Shown: piece by piece, positions 18,375 through 28,770 of the stretch
Position numbering within the stretch: position 1 is the first letter of the stretch
How the letters are laid out: every line of letters begins with the position of its first letter
DNA from: an uncultured Mycoplasmatota bacterium
GTDB lineage: Bacteria > Bacillota_I > Bacilli_A > RF39 > UBA660
DNA length: 64,000 bases
Reading direction: 5' to 3'
NCBI GenBank assembly: GCA_900549285.1
Contig: URNW01000004.1
Location: 18,969-82,968 of the forward strand
Translations under genes and position numbers: made by a program
Notes under the pieces: model-generated
The model's input: the letters and a program-made list of their open reading frames with translations, nothing else
Database searches by the model: none
Told to the model about the DNA's origin: nothing

Positions 18375-19784
18375 TTATTTGTTATTGATTTCTTCAATTT
18401 TTAAAAAGTTGGTTAAACGAATATTATTCGTTGCAGGTAGACCGCCTGTAATAATAATCTTATCTTCATTTTCTAATTTAAAATAGTTTATAGCTTTTTC
18501 TTTTACTAATTCAACTAATTTATCTGTATCATCCATTAATGGAACTAGTGTAGTATAAACACCATAATTTAGTGCTAAACTTCTTGCTACTTCTTTAGTA
18601 GTACAAGTTGCTAAAATAGGACATTTTGGACGGAAATTACTGATCATACGTGTACTATAGCCACTAATTGCTTCGGCTACAATTGCTTTTACATCTACAT
18701 AATTTGTTAAATCTACTGCACTTCTAGCTATACACTCTGTTCTACCTATTTTTCCCAAATAGCCAAAATGATTTTCACTATGTTCTTCGGCATCCTGAGC
18801 AATACTTGCCATGTATTCAACTGTTTTTATTGGATATGCTCCTACTGTTGTTTCGCCACTTAACATAACCGCATCTGTTCCATCTAGTACTGCATTTGCA
18901 ACATCTGTAACTTCAGCACGAGTTGGACGAGAATTCTTTTTCATACTTTCTAACATTTCTGTTGCAACAATACAAAATTTTCCATGTTCTCTTGCCTTTT
19001 TAATGATTAACTTTTGATATACTGGTAAAAGGGAAATTGATATTTCTTCTCCAAGATCACCACGAGCTACCATTACACCATCACTTACACTTAAAATTTC
19101 ATCTAAATTATCAATCCCTGTTTTACTTTCAATTTTAGAAACAATTTTAATATTACTATTTTGTTCATCTATTATTTTTCTAGCTTCTAAGACATCCTCT
19201 TTCGTTGAGACAAAAGATAATGCTAAAAAGTCTCCATTATTTTGACAAGCATAAATAATATCTTCTTTATCTACTTCACTAATAAATGGAATATCTAGTT
19301 TTACACCAGGTGCAAATAAACTCTTTTTACTCTTTAATATTCCTCCATTTATTACTTTACAAGTAACACCATCTTGTTCTTTTTTTATTACTTCAATTTT
19401 CATAAGGCCATTTTCTAATTGAATGATACTTCCAACTTCTAAACTATCTAATGCTTCAGGATGATTGACACTAAAGCGTTCATTATTTCCAATTACATTT
19501 TCTTTAACAACTCGAATTGTATTTCCAGGAATTAAGTTAATTCCCTCTTCTATTGCTTCTCCACTTCTAAACTCTGGTCCTTTCGTATCATACATTAAAC
19601 CAACATGGCAGTTTTCTTCTTCATTTATCCATGCTACTAAGTCGCGTACTGTTTCTCTTTCCTCAATTGTTGCATGAGAAAAATTTACTCTTGCTACATT
19701 CATTCCAACATGAACTAATTCTTTAAATATTTCTTTTTTATTTGTAGCGGGTCCTATACTACATACAATTTTCGTCTTTTTCAT
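18375..19784 (-). CDS. pyk: pyruvate kinase
   Basis: 469 aa. KIVCSIGPA, MNVARVNFSHA and MVARGDLGEEI. Confidence 0.95.
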   Translation of the reverse strand: MKKTKIVCSIGPATNKKEIFKELVHVGMNVARVNFSHATIEERETVRDLVAWINEEENCHVGLMYDTKGPEFRSGEAIEEGINLIPGNTIRVVKENVIGNNERFSVNHPEALDSLEVGSIIQLENGLMKIEVIKKEQDGVTCKVINGGILKSKKSLFAPGVKLDIPFISEVDKEDIIYACQNNGDFLALSFVSTKEDVLEARKIIDEQNSNIKIVSKIESKTGIDNLDEILSVSDGVMVARGDLGEEISISLLPVYQKLIIKKAREHGKFCIVATEMLESMKKNSRPTRAEVTDVANAVLDGTDAVMLSGETTVGAYPIKTVEYMASIAQDAEEHSENHFGYLGKIGRTECIARSAVDLTNYVDVKAIVAEAISGYSTRMISNFRPKCPILATCTTKEVARSLALNYGVYTTLVPLMDDTDKLVELVKEKAINYFKLENEDKIIITGGLPATNNIRLTNFLKIEEINNK

Positions 19785-19868
19785 TAAAAATCCCCTCTCC
19801 TCAACGTACAGACTATCATTTTACTACAAAATTTAACAAAAATAAAGACAAAGTTACATTTTCTTTGT

Positions 19869-20411
19869 CTATACTAATGGATTATACTTTTTAAAATCAG
19901 GTTTTTTCATTTGATTTTGTTTCTTTTCACTTAATTTTTGCATTAGGGTTGTAAAAATAAGAACCATGATGGATATTATTAATATGGCGGGAGTTAATAA
20001 GCGATTTAATATTGATCCTAGAGTAGGAATTACTTGTATCACTGTTCCAACAATTAAATCTTTTTCTAATACTTCCTCTTTATTTTCTTTTAATATTGTT
20101 ATATTTTTTTCTTCTACAGCTTTTACTTTTCCCAAATTCATATTAGAACCATCTTTAAAAAAGACTATGCTTCCTTCATTGGGAGATTTATTTAGATCAA
20201 TTAAAACGAAATCACCCTTTTTTAGGTCTAATAATTCATGATAGTCTGTAATATTTACATAGGAATATCCTAAAAAAGAAAAATAATCTTCTTTTTGAAT
20301 CTTTTCTAAAATTATATTTAATAGATTTATCACAATAATCATTATTAATAATATATTTATTACTCCTATTATTTTTTCTAACATAAAAATTACTGCTTTT
20401 AATATTTTCAT
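19869..20411 (-). CDS. membrane protein with SipW/ER-type signal-peptidase-like layout (motifs divergent)
   Basis: 180 aa. N-terminal TM, KKGDFVLID...GSIVFF beta core, and C-terminal TM, as in S26B peptidases. The canonical SGSMEP and THR motifs are not recognisable; GYSYV and LGKVKAV occupy roughly those positions. Confidence 0.3.
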   Translation of the reverse strand: MKILKAVIFMLEKIIGVINILLIMIIVINLLNIILEKIQKEDYFSFLGYSYVNITDYHELLDLKKGDFVLIDLNKSPNEGSIVFFKDGSNMNLGKVKAVEEKNITILKENKEEVLEKDLIVGTVIQVIPTLGSILNRLLTPAILIISIMVLIFTTLMQKLSEKKQNQMKKPDFKKYNPLV

Positions 20412-20528
20412 ACTTACACCTTACTATTATTATAAAATAGTAAAATTTTAGTTGGATCTTTTTTTACTTATTTTTACATTTTATTTACGCACCCCATAGA
20501 AAAATGCTCAATGTATTTTCGATAATTT

Positions 20529-20837
20529 TTAAGTTTCGGGGTCTAGTATAACTTTTATCTTTTCTTTTATTTTATTTATATCTGATTCTAATAATATTTC
20601 TTCTATTTTGGTTTTTGTCTCATAATTATGCAATATTGTTTCATATTCTTCTAATTTTTCTATGGCACTTTTTAAAGTCTTTCCTACACTACTTTTACTA
20701 ATATTTTTATTATCAGCAATTTCTTGTAAAGATAAATCTTCTATATAATAGTATGCAAATGTTTCTTGCTCTGTTTTAGTTAATAAGTCTTTATATATAT
20801 CAAATAAAGAATTCAAATATTCCCTATTTTCCATCAT
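20529..20837 (-). CDS. ylxM: YlxM/UPF0122 putative DNA-binding protein
   Basis: 102 aa. LFDIYKDLLTKTEQETFAYYYIEDLSLQEIADNKNISKSSV is a sigma-region-4-like HTH. The gene lies immediately after ftsY, as in Bacillus. Confidence 0.8.
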   Translation of the reverse strand: MMENREYLNSLFDIYKDLLTKTEQETFAYYYIEDLSLQEIADNKNISKSSVGKTLKSAIEKLEEYETILHNYETKTKIEEILLESDINKIKEKIKVILDPET

Positions 20838-21813
20838 CTATCATATCCTTAAATAAACCATAAATATAATTTTCAATGTCAAATGGCTTTAAATCTTCCA
20901 TTTTTTCACCTAAACCAATAAATTTTACGGGAATGTTTACACTTTCTTTAATCGCTAGAACAATTCCACCCTTAGCTGTTCCATCTAGTTTAGTTAAAAC
21001 AATTCCAGTAATATTGGTTATTTCTTTAAAAGAAGAAGCTTGTAATATGCCATTTTGACCAGTAGAAGCATCTATTACAAGAAGTGTTTCTTGAGGAGCA
21101 CCATCAATATGAGTAGCAATTACCTTATTTATTTTTTCTAATTCTTTCATTAAATTTACTTTATTTTGAAGGCGACCTGCGGTGTCAATTAGAACAATAT
21201 CAATATTATGCTCTTTTGCCATTACTAATCCATCATAAATAACACCTGCTGGATCAGTATTTTCTTTACCATAAAACAAAGAACCTGTTTTTGATGCCCA
21301 TTCTTTTAATTGGGGTACAGCACCTGCTCTAAAAGTATCCCCCGCAATCATCATGATACTCTTTCCTTCTTTTTTATATTTATAGGCTAATTTTGCTATA
21401 GTAGTAGTTTTACCTACTCCATTAACACCTACCATTAGAATAACAGTGGGTCCATTCGGATTTATATTAATTTTATCACTTAGTGATTCCCCACTAACAT
21501 AAATAATAAATAATTCATCCACTATTACTTCTTGTAAATATTTGGTATCAGTAATATTTTCTTTTTTTACTCTAGCTTTTAGGCGATCAATAAAGTCCAT
21601 AACTGTATTTACACCAATATCAGCCATAATTAAAATACTTTCTAATTCTTCAAAATATTCTTCACTTACTTTTGTATATTTATGTCCTAAAACACTTAAT
21701 TCATTTACAAATTCTTTTCGTGTCTTTTCAAGACCTTTTTCATAAGTTACAATATCCTCTTTATGTTCTTCTTTCTTAGTAAAAACATTTTTAAATTTTG
21801 CAAATAATCCCAT
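20824..21813 (-). CDS. ftsY: signal recognition particle receptor FtsY
   Basis: 329 aa. GVNGVGKTTTIAKLA, DTAGRL and TKLDGTAKGG. Confidence 0.95.
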   Translation of the reverse strand: MGLFAKFKNVFTKKEEHKEDIVTYEKGLEKTRKEFVNELSVLGHKYTKVSEEYFEELESILIMADIGVNTVMDFIDRLKARVKKENITDTKYLQEVIVDELFIIYVSGESLSDKININPNGPTVILMVGVNGVGKTTTIAKLAYKYKKEGKSIMMIAGDTFRAGAVPQLKEWASKTGSLFYGKENTDPAGVIYDGLVMAKEHNIDIVLIDTAGRLQNKVNLMKELEKINKVIATHIDGAPQETLLVIDASTGQNGILQASSFKEITNITGIVLTKLDGTAKGGIVLAIKESVNIPVKFIGLGEKMEDLKPFDIENYIYGLFKDMIDDGK

Positions 21814-21814
21814 G

Positions 21815-22072
21815 TTATCCTCTCTTTATTTCTGATGATAAATCATTTTGTAATTTCATTTTATTCATTAAATAAGTTACATTTTCATCTGAATTTACGC
21901 ATACTACTTTGGCATTTAACAAAATTTTTCTAAAATCATTTAGAGTTTCTTCAGATATTAATTTTATTTCAATCATTTTTTCATATAATTCATAATATTT
22001 TTTCCATTCTTCTAGTTTAATCATTTCGTTAGCTAAACGGTTATATACTTTTTCTAAAATATCACTTTTCAT
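21815..22072 (-). CDS. hypothetical small helical protein
   Basis: ORF-track 100-aa frame. I prefer ATG 22072, preceded by AAAGGAGGAATTT, which gives 85 aa. Confidence 0.4.
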   Translation of the reverse strand: MKSDILEKVYNRLANEMIKLEEWKKYYELYEKMIEIKLISEETLNDFRKILLNAKVVCVNSDENVTYLMNKMKLQNDLSSEIKRG

Positions 22073-22242
22073 AAATTCCTCCTTTATCATTATACTTAAA
22101 AGGATTTTCTTTGTCAAACTTCTTTATAGAATACTACTTTTATATTTTGGCTTATATAATTTTTTTATTTTCCATGACATTTAGGAGAATAATTATTTGC
22201 ATAAATAACATTCATACGTTATAATTATAATGGTGAAGTAAG

Positions 22243-24471
22243 ATGGCAAAGAAGAAAAAAACAAAAAATAGTGAAGCAGAAAAAATTGGATTTAGTGCTG
22301 AACTTACTGGTCTTATATTAATATTAATTGGTATTATTGGTTTTGGATTTGGACCTGTTGGATCTATTATTAAGAAATTTGCAATGTTTTTGGTTGGAGG
22401 ATGGGCTTGGATTTTTTTATTAATCTTTATTCTTGTTTTAGGAATTTACATGTTAGTAAAAAGAAATTTACCCAAATTTTTAAATCAAAAATTAGTCGGA
22501 TTATATGTAATTATTATTGTTGTTTTAGTAGCTAGTCATTTTGGATTTATTGCCAAATGTGATGGAGCTAGTGATATTTTTAAATCTACAATTGATCAGT
22601 ATATGGAAAGAATTTCAACCATTGGATCAAATACCGCTTTATTTACTAGTGGAGATGCTTCCATTGAAATTGGAGGAGGAATCATTGGAGCTATATTTTC
22701 TATTGGTCTTAGTAGTTTATTTGGTCTTACAGGTACTAAGATTGTTTGTGTTATTTTAGCTCTATTTGGTTTTATTTTATTTTTCAATATTACTCTTGTT
22801 GATATTCTTCAAAAGATTAAGTCATTCTTTAGCAAATTTAAAAATTCTATGCCTAAAGAGAAACCTATTAAAGAAGCAGAATATCAATATGAAGAAGATC
22901 AAGAATTTGAAGAAAAGAAAAACGATAAAATTATTATTACAAGCATGGAAGAATTAAAAACCATGAAAGAACCGCAAAAAGAAAATTTAGATACGAATAA
23001 AGAAACAATATATGAAGCTAACAGTAATTATGTACTTCCTCCTCTTTCTTTATTAGATAATATTAGTCAACCTAAAAAGAATCCTGCTTCTAATAATTAT
23101 ATAAGGAGTAATAAAGAGAATTTAGAAAGAGTGTTAAAAGATTTCCAAATCAATGGTACTGTAGTTGAAATTCATATTGGTCCTGCAGTTACACAATTTG
23201 AAGTAAAAGTTCCAAGTGGTACTAAAGTTAGTCGAATTGTTGGTATTAATAAAGAAATAGCCTTAGCATTAGCAGCAAAAGATGTTAGAATTCAAGCGCC
23301 TATTCCAGGAAAAAGCACCATTGGAATAGAAATACCTAATCCAAGTATTAGTGCTGTTAAATTTAAAGAAGTTCTTGCTCATGAGTCAAAAGCTATGAGT
23401 GATGCTAAAATTGTTGTGGCTTTAGGAAAAGATATTATGGGTAGACCTCAACTTGCTGATTTATCTAAAATGCCCCATCTTTTAATCGCAGGTTCTACTG
23501 GTTCTGGTAAATCTGTTTGTACGAATACTATGATTTGTTCTATTTTAATGCGTTACAAACCTGATGAAGTAAAATTAATGCTTGTGGATCCTAAAAAGGT
23601 AGAATTATCAAATTATAATGGTGTTCCTCACCTTCTTTGTCCAGTAGTTAGTGATCCTAAAAAAGCTAGTATTGCTTTACAAAAGTTAGTAGCAGAAATG
23701 GATAAACGTTATGATATGTTTAGTGATGCTAATGTTAAGAATATAGCTGGATATAATGATTGGATTACAAAAGAAAATAAAAATAATGGTACTAATGTAG
23801 CTAAAATGCCATATATTGTTGCTATTATTGATGAACTTGCTGATTTAATGTTAGTTGCTTCTAAAGAAGTAGAAGATTCTATTATGCGAATTACTCAAAT
23901 GGCACGTGCTGCTGGAATTCATTTAATTGTTGCTACACAAAGACCTTCTACTGATGTTATTACTGGAGTTGTTAAAGCAAATATCCCTTCTCGTATTGCC
24001 TTTGCTGTTGCTTCTAATATTGATTCAAGAACTATTCTTGATATGAGTGGTGCTGAAAAGTTACTTGGTAAAGGTGATATGTTATATCTTCCTATGGGTG
24101 AAAATGTACCTATTCGTATTCAAGGTTGCTTTATTACAGATGATGAAATTAAAAGAATTATTGATTATGTATGTAAAGAACAAGTTGCTCATTATAGTGA
24201 AGATATGCAAAATTTAGATGCTACAGGTAATGGAATTCATGGACTTCCTAATGAAACTGAGGAATATGATGATCCTTTATATAATGAAATTGTAGAATTT
24301 GCAATTCAGACTGGTAAAGTAAGTACTAGTTTGTTACAGCGAAGATTTAGATTAGGATATAATCGAGCAGCCAGAGTGGTAGATTTGCTTGAGGAACGCG
24401 GTATTGTTGGCCCTCCTAATGGATCTAAACCAAGAGAAGTTTTAGTTAAATTAGATGACAAATCAGAATAA
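22243..24471 (+). CDS. ftsK: DNA translocase FtsK/SpoIIIE
   Basis: 742 aa. N-terminal TM helices, GSTGSGKSV, IIDELADLM, and a C-terminal gamma winged helix (LLQRRFRLGYNRAARVVDLLEERGIV). Confidence 0.95.
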   Translation: MAKKKKTKNSEAEKIGFSAELTGLILILIGIIGFGFGPVGSIIKKFAMFLVGGWAWIFLLIFILVLGIYMLVKRNLPKFLNQKLVGLYVIIIVVLVASHFGFIAKCDGASDIFKSTIDQYMERISTIGSNTALFTSGDASIEIGGGIIGAIFSIGLSSLFGLTGTKIVCVILALFGFILFFNITLVDILQKIKSFFSKFKNSMPKEKPIKEAEYQYEEDQEFEEKKNDKIIITSMEELKTMKEPQKENLDTNKETIYEANSNYVLPPLSLLDNISQPKKNPASNNYIRSNKENLERVLKDFQINGTVVEIHIGPAVTQFEVKVPSGTKVSRIVGINKEIALALAAKDVRIQAPIPGKSTIGIEIPNPSISAVKFKEVLAHESKAMSDAKIVVALGKDIMGRPQLADLSKMPHLLIAGSTGSGKSVCTNTMICSILMRYKPDEVKLMLVDPKKVELSNYNGVPHLLCPVVSDPKKASIALQKLVAEMDKRYDMFSDANVKNIAGYNDWITKENKNNGTNVAKMPYIVAIIDELADLMLVASKEVEDSIMRITQMARAAGIHLIVATQRPSTDVITGVVKANIPSRIAFAVASNIDSRTILDMSGAEKLLGKGDMLYLPMGENVPIRIQGCFITDDEIKRIIDYVCKEQVAHYSEDMQNLDATGNGIHGLPNETEEYDDPLYNEIVEFAIQTGKVSTSLLQRRFRLGYNRAARVVDLLEERGIVGPPNGSKPREVLVKLDDKSE

Positions 24472-24533
24472 AATTATGATTTACAAATAAGATTAGAATA
24501 TGATAGAATATAAGTAGTTAATGGAGGGATGTT

Positions 24534-25067
24534 ATGGCAAGTAATAAAATAAAATATAGAAATCAAACTTTAAAAAAGTATTTTATTGGACTTTGTATTA
24601 TATTAGCCATAATTTTTCTTGCGTTATATTTTCATAAGTGGCATACAGTAAAAGAACAAGAGAAATATTATGAGAGCTTTTTAGTCAGTACAAATACCAT
24701 TAGTTTAGAAATGACTGATATTAAGGAAATTCAATCAGTGTTATCTGAAACACCAAATTATTATTTCTTATATATTAGTTATACCAATGATGAAGATATT
24801 TATAACTTAGAAAAAGAATTAAAACCACTTATAGATGAATATCATTTACAAAATAGTTTTTACTTTTTAAATGTTACTGATTTTAAAGATACGAATCAAG
24901 ATTATAAAGATGATATTGCTGAGGCTTTAGAAATTGATAAAAATATTATTTCCAAAGTTCCGATTATTCTTTATTTTAAAGATGGAAAACTCGCTACTAA
25001 AAATGGTATATTTACTGCAGATCAATTTAAAGATTTATTAGAAACTCAAGATATTAAATCACAATAA
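24534..25067 (+). CDS. membrane-anchored hypothetical protein, possibly thioredoxin-like fold without CxxC
   Basis: 177 aa with one N-terminal TM. The tail VPIILYFKDGKL is reminiscent of a thioredoxin fold, but there are no Cys motifs. Confidence 0.3.
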   Translation: MASNKIKYRNQTLKKYFIGLCIILAIIFLALYFHKWHTVKEQEKYYESFLVSTNTISLEMTDIKEIQSVLSETPNYYFLYISYTNDEDIYNLEKELKPLIDEYHLQNSFYFLNVTDFKDTNQDYKDDIAEALEIDKNIISKVPIILYFKDGKLATKNGIFTADQFKDLLETQDIKSQ

Positions 25068-25084
25068 AAGGATTGTAATAGAAA

Positions 25085-25720
25085 TTACAGTCCTTTTATT
25101 TGACTTTTGTAATACTTACATTGTTCTTTTAGCAAACATTCCTTACATTTAGGATTCCTAGCGGTACAATGATATCTTCCAAATAAAACTAATTGATGAT
25201 GTAGTCTACTCCATTTGTTTTTAGGAAATTTCTTCATTAATTTTTGCTCAATTGTTGTTACAGAATCATTTTCTTTGGCTAAACCTAACCTAACTGATAC
25301 TCTACTTACATGTGTATCTACTGCTATAGCTGGTACATTATAAATATTTGAGAGAACAACATTACAAGTTTTTCTTCCTACTCCTGGTAGGCTTTCTAAA
25401 TATTCTCTATTATTGGGTACAATTCCATCATAATCCTTTAATAATCTAGTAGCTATTGATTTAATATAGCTAGCTTTTTTAGTATGAGAACCACATGGTC
25501 GTATAATATTTTCTATTTCTTTAATATCTGACTTTTCTATCCCTTTTAAATCATATTTATTAAATAATACCTCAGTAACCATATTGACTCTTTTATCAGT
25601 ACATTGGGCACTTAGAACCGTAGCAATTAAAAGTTCATAATCTTTTTTATAATTTAATTCACATCTAGCATCTGGATAATATTGATCTAATACTTTTATT
25701 ATTTCTTCACTCTTCATCAT
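25085..25720 (-). CDS. nth: endonuclease III
   Basis: 211 aa. HhH-GPD LPGVGRKTCNVV and a C-terminal 4Fe-4S Cys cluster CTARNPKCKECLLKEQC. Confidence 0.93.
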   Translation of the reverse strand: MMKSEEIIKVLDQYYPDARCELNYKKDYELLIATVLSAQCTDKRVNMVTEVLFNKYDLKGIEKSDIKEIENIIRPCGSHTKKASYIKSIATRLLKDYDGIVPNNREYLESLPGVGRKTCNVVLSNIYNVPAIAVDTHVSRVSVRLGLAKENDSVTTIEQKLMKKFPKNKWSRLHHQLVLFGRYHCTARNPKCKECLLKEQCKYYKSQIKGL

Positions 25721-26348
25721 CTAACCAGTTATAATCAAATAACTCTTTATCCTCCTTTTTTTGTTCTCTTTTTTCTAAATGATTTGTTACATCACTCATT
25801 TTTTTAAAACCCTTTTTATTCCATTCATATAATATTTTATCAATATATCTTAAATTTTTTACTCCATTATATACGGCTTCTTTTAAGGCACCAATTACTA
25901 GTTCTTCACTATAATTATGTTCTAACCAAGCATTAATAATTTCATATTCCATACTCGTTATGGGGCGACCAAATTCCTGTTCAAATTCGCTATAGATATC
26001 AGACTTTATTTCTTCTTTTTCATTTTTCTTTTTTTCTTCTATTACCAACATATAAAAATTATCTAAACTAACTTTTTCTATCATTCTACCTTCAATATCT
26101 TTTTCTGTTTTAATATCAATTAGTTTTTTAGATAATAAATTAGTAAAAACTTCATAAGCTTTGTCAGAGGTAATTCCTAAATTATTGCTTAATTCATCCA
26201 TGTTTAAGTAACTATTAAAGTCATTATCAAAATAAGTAAGCATTAAAAATTCCTCTAAAGTTAAATTTAATTCTAAAACTTTTTTTATAAATAAACTATT
26301 GGTAATATATTTTTTACTTTTCAGAATATCTAAATTCATTTTATCCAC
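25707..26348 (-). CDS. dnaD: DnaD-domain replication initiation protein
   Basis: 213 aa. EFEQEFGRPITSMEYEIINAW...RYIDKILYEW. The dnaD-nth order is as in Bacillus. Confidence 0.8.
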   Translation of the reverse strand: MDKMNLDILKSKKYITNSLFIKKVLELNLTLEEFLMLTYFDNDFNSYLNMDELSNNLGITSDKAYEVFTNLLSKKLIDIKTEKDIEGRMIEKVSLDNFYMLVIEEKKKNEKEEIKSDIYSEFEQEFGRPITSMEYEIINAWLEHNYSEELVIGALKEAVYNGVKNLRYIDKILYEWNKKGFKKMSDVTNHLEKREQKKEDKELFDYNWLDDEE

Positions 26349-27439
26349 TCACTTTTATGATCTTTTATATATTTTATAATATCACTGGTTTTATTTCTTA
26401 TTTTACCATTAATTATTAAATTTTCAAGGTCTTTTAAAATGATACTTACTGTTTTAGAATACTCAATATCTAATACTTTAATAATAGTTTCAGCTTTTAT
26501 GTTGATTTCTTTTTTATCATAAATTGGTAAATCTTTGTATATTTTGTTAATTGTTTTTTTGTCTATATTCAAAATTTCTCCCGCTACTTGAGATAAATAC
26601 AAACCATAATGATAAATCGTATATCTATCAATTGTTTTACTATTAATTATTCTTCTTAAAGCAGTTATATTATTTTTTTCCTCTTTAGTAAATGGTAAAT
26701 TCATATTAATCTTTAATTGAGCATACATTCCCTCTATATTTTTTATTGGTATAATATTTTTCCATTCATTTATTTCTAGTAAATCTAAAATACCTAGATC
26801 ATCTAAAAGACTTAATCCTTTTTTGACATTACTTGATAAAAGTATTTTATCTAATTCTTCTTTAATTCTGGTGTTTGATAAAGTTAGTATTAATTCGTTA
26901 TTTGCTTCTATGGCTTTATAAAAATTAGAATCTAAATTAAAATTTAGAATAGTTGCCAGACGAATCCCTCTTAATATTCTTAATGGATCTTCTTTAATTT
27001 TTTTTGTTTCATCTCCAATTATCCTTATTTTTAAAGCTCTTAAATCATCTATTCCCCCTACTAAATCAATTATTTCTCCTTTACTATTCATACATATAGC
27101 ATTAACCGTAAAATCACGTCTTTGTAAATCAGAAACTAAATTATTAATATAATTAAATTCTACAGGTTTTCTTCCTTTATATTTTATTTCTTCACGATAG
27201 GTAGTAATTTCAATATGATATTCTTTTATTTTAAAGTCTATTCCCCCTAAGTTTTTAGAGGAAGCATTAGGAAATATTGTTAATAATTCTTTTGGAGTAG
27301 CATTGGTACATATATCAATATCATATGAAGATATTCCTACTAATAAATCTCTGATATATCCTCCAACTACATAGGCTTCAAACCCTTTATTTTCAATTTT
27401 TGTTAAGATATTTTTAATTATTTTATTCAATCTTATCAC
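26336..27439 (-). CDS. cca: CCA tRNA nucleotidyltransferase
   Basis: 367 aa. VVGGYIRDLLVGISSYDIDICT and RRDFTVNA. Confidence 0.87.
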   Translation of the reverse strand: MIRLNKIIKNILTKIENKGFEAYVVGGYIRDLLVGISSYDIDICTNATPKELLTIFPNASSKNLGGIDFKIKEYHIEITTYREEIKYKGRKPVEFNYINNLVSDLQRRDFTVNAICMNSKGEIIDLVGGIDDLRALKIRIIGDETKKIKEDPLRILRGIRLATILNFNLDSNFYKAIEANNELILTLSNTRIKEELDKILLSSNVKKGLSLLDDLGILDLLEINEWKNIIPIKNIEGMYAQLKINMNLPFTKEEKNNITALRRIINSKTIDRYTIYHYGLYLSQVAGEILNIDKKTINKIYKDLPIYDKKEINIKAETIIKVLDIEYSKTVSIILKDLENLIINGKIRNKTSDIIKYIKDHKSEWIK

Positions 27440-27449
27440 CTATTTAATT

Positions 27450-28316
27450 TTATTTCTTAATTATTTTTTCATTAATATATTTTTCTACTTCCTGAACGAT
27501 ATTATTAAAATTATCAAAATCCACATTAAACCAAGTAATATCCATTTGATTATTAAACCAAGTGTATTGTCTTTTAGCATAATGTCTTGAATTCTTTTTG
27601 ATTAAATCTTTGGCTTCATCTAGGGTTATCTCTCCATCAAAATATCTAAATAACTCTTTGTATCCTATCGCAGTAGATAGTGCTTTAGAATTTATTTTTT
27701 GATCATAAAATAATCTTACTTCTTTTTCTAGTCCTTCATTAAACATTAAATCAACACGTTTATTAATTCGTTCGTAAAGCATGTTTCTTTCACAAGTAAG
27801 TCCTATATATATGGCGTTATATAATGGTTTAGCCGCAGGAATTTCTATGTTCTCTTTGTTTAAAAATCTGATTAATCTTTTCCGATTATGAAGATGAATA
27901 TTCATATTAGGATCCTTTTTTTTGGCTAGTTCATAAACTTCTTCATTTGTTAATTTATCATAACTCTTCATGGAATACTCTTCTTTATTAAATTCATAAC
28001 TATATAAACAGGCTTTTAGATAAAGACCTGTTCCTCCCACAAAAATAATGTTTTTATCTTGATTTTTTTCGATTATTTTACGAGCATCTTTTTGATAATC
28101 AAATACTGTATAATTTTCTTTCACATCCTTGATATCAAATAAATAATGAGGAATTCCTTCTTTTTCTTCTTCTTTAATTTTAGCTGTTCCTATATTCATT
28201 CCTATATATACCTGCATAGCATCTACATTTATAATTATTCCATTATATTTTTTGGCTAGTTCTACACTTAATTTGGTCTTTCCAACCCCTGTTGGTCCAA
28301 CGATACAAAGGATCAT
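27450..28316 (-). CDS. miaA: tRNA dimethylallyltransferase
   Basis: 288 aa. [16 protein letters not shown] and [10 protein letters not shown]. Confidence 0.93.
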   Translation of the reverse strand: MILCIVGPTGVGKTKLSVELAKKYNGIIINVDAMQVYIGMNIGTAKIKEEEKEGIPHYLFDIKDVKENYTVFDYQKDARKIIEKNQDKNIIFVGGTGLYLKACLYSYEFNKEEYSMKSYDKLTNEEVYELAKKKDPNMNIHLHNRKRLIRFLNKENIEIPAAKPLYNAIYIGLTCERNMLYERINKRVDLMFNEGLEKEVRLFYDQKINSKALSTAIGYKELFRYFDGEITLDEAKDLIKKNSRHYAKRQYTWFNNQMDITWFNVDFDNFNNIVQEVEKYINEKIIKK

Positions 28317-28708
28317 TTTTGCTTCTCCTCTTTTAATAAATCACGAATTTCTTCTAATAATATTACATCTTCTGGCTTTTTTGGCTTCTCTTTTATTTCT
28401 TCTTTCTTTTTTAAATTACTAATTTTATTAATAAATTTAATTAATATAAATAAACAGAACGCTATAATTAAAAAGTTGATAATGCTTTCAATGAAAGCTC
28501 CATATTCAATTCTTGTATCTTTAAATGTAATAGCTAAATTTGAAAAGTCTACTCCCCCTAAAATCAATCCTAATATTGGGGTTAAAATATTATTTACAAG
28601 ACTTGTTACAATAGTAGAAAATGCTCCTCCTATTATTATACCAACCGCTAAATCGATAACGCTTCCTCTAGCAATAAATTTTTTAAATTCATGAATTGTG
28701 TTTTTCAT
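28313..28708 (-). CDS. mscL: large-conductance mechanosensitive channel
   Basis: 131 aa. [24 protein letters not shown]. Confidence 0.93.
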   Translation of the reverse strand: MKNTIHEFKKFIARGSVIDLAVGIIIGGAFSTIVTSLVNNILTPILGLILGGVDFSNLAITFKDTRIEYGAFIESIINFLIIAFCLFILIKFINKISNLKKKEEIKEKPKKPEDVILLEEIRDLLKEEKQK

Positions 28709-28770
28709 AATACCTCTTTTCTCTTTCTATTTTAGCATAAATTACTCATTAAAAAAAGTTAATCTTTCGA

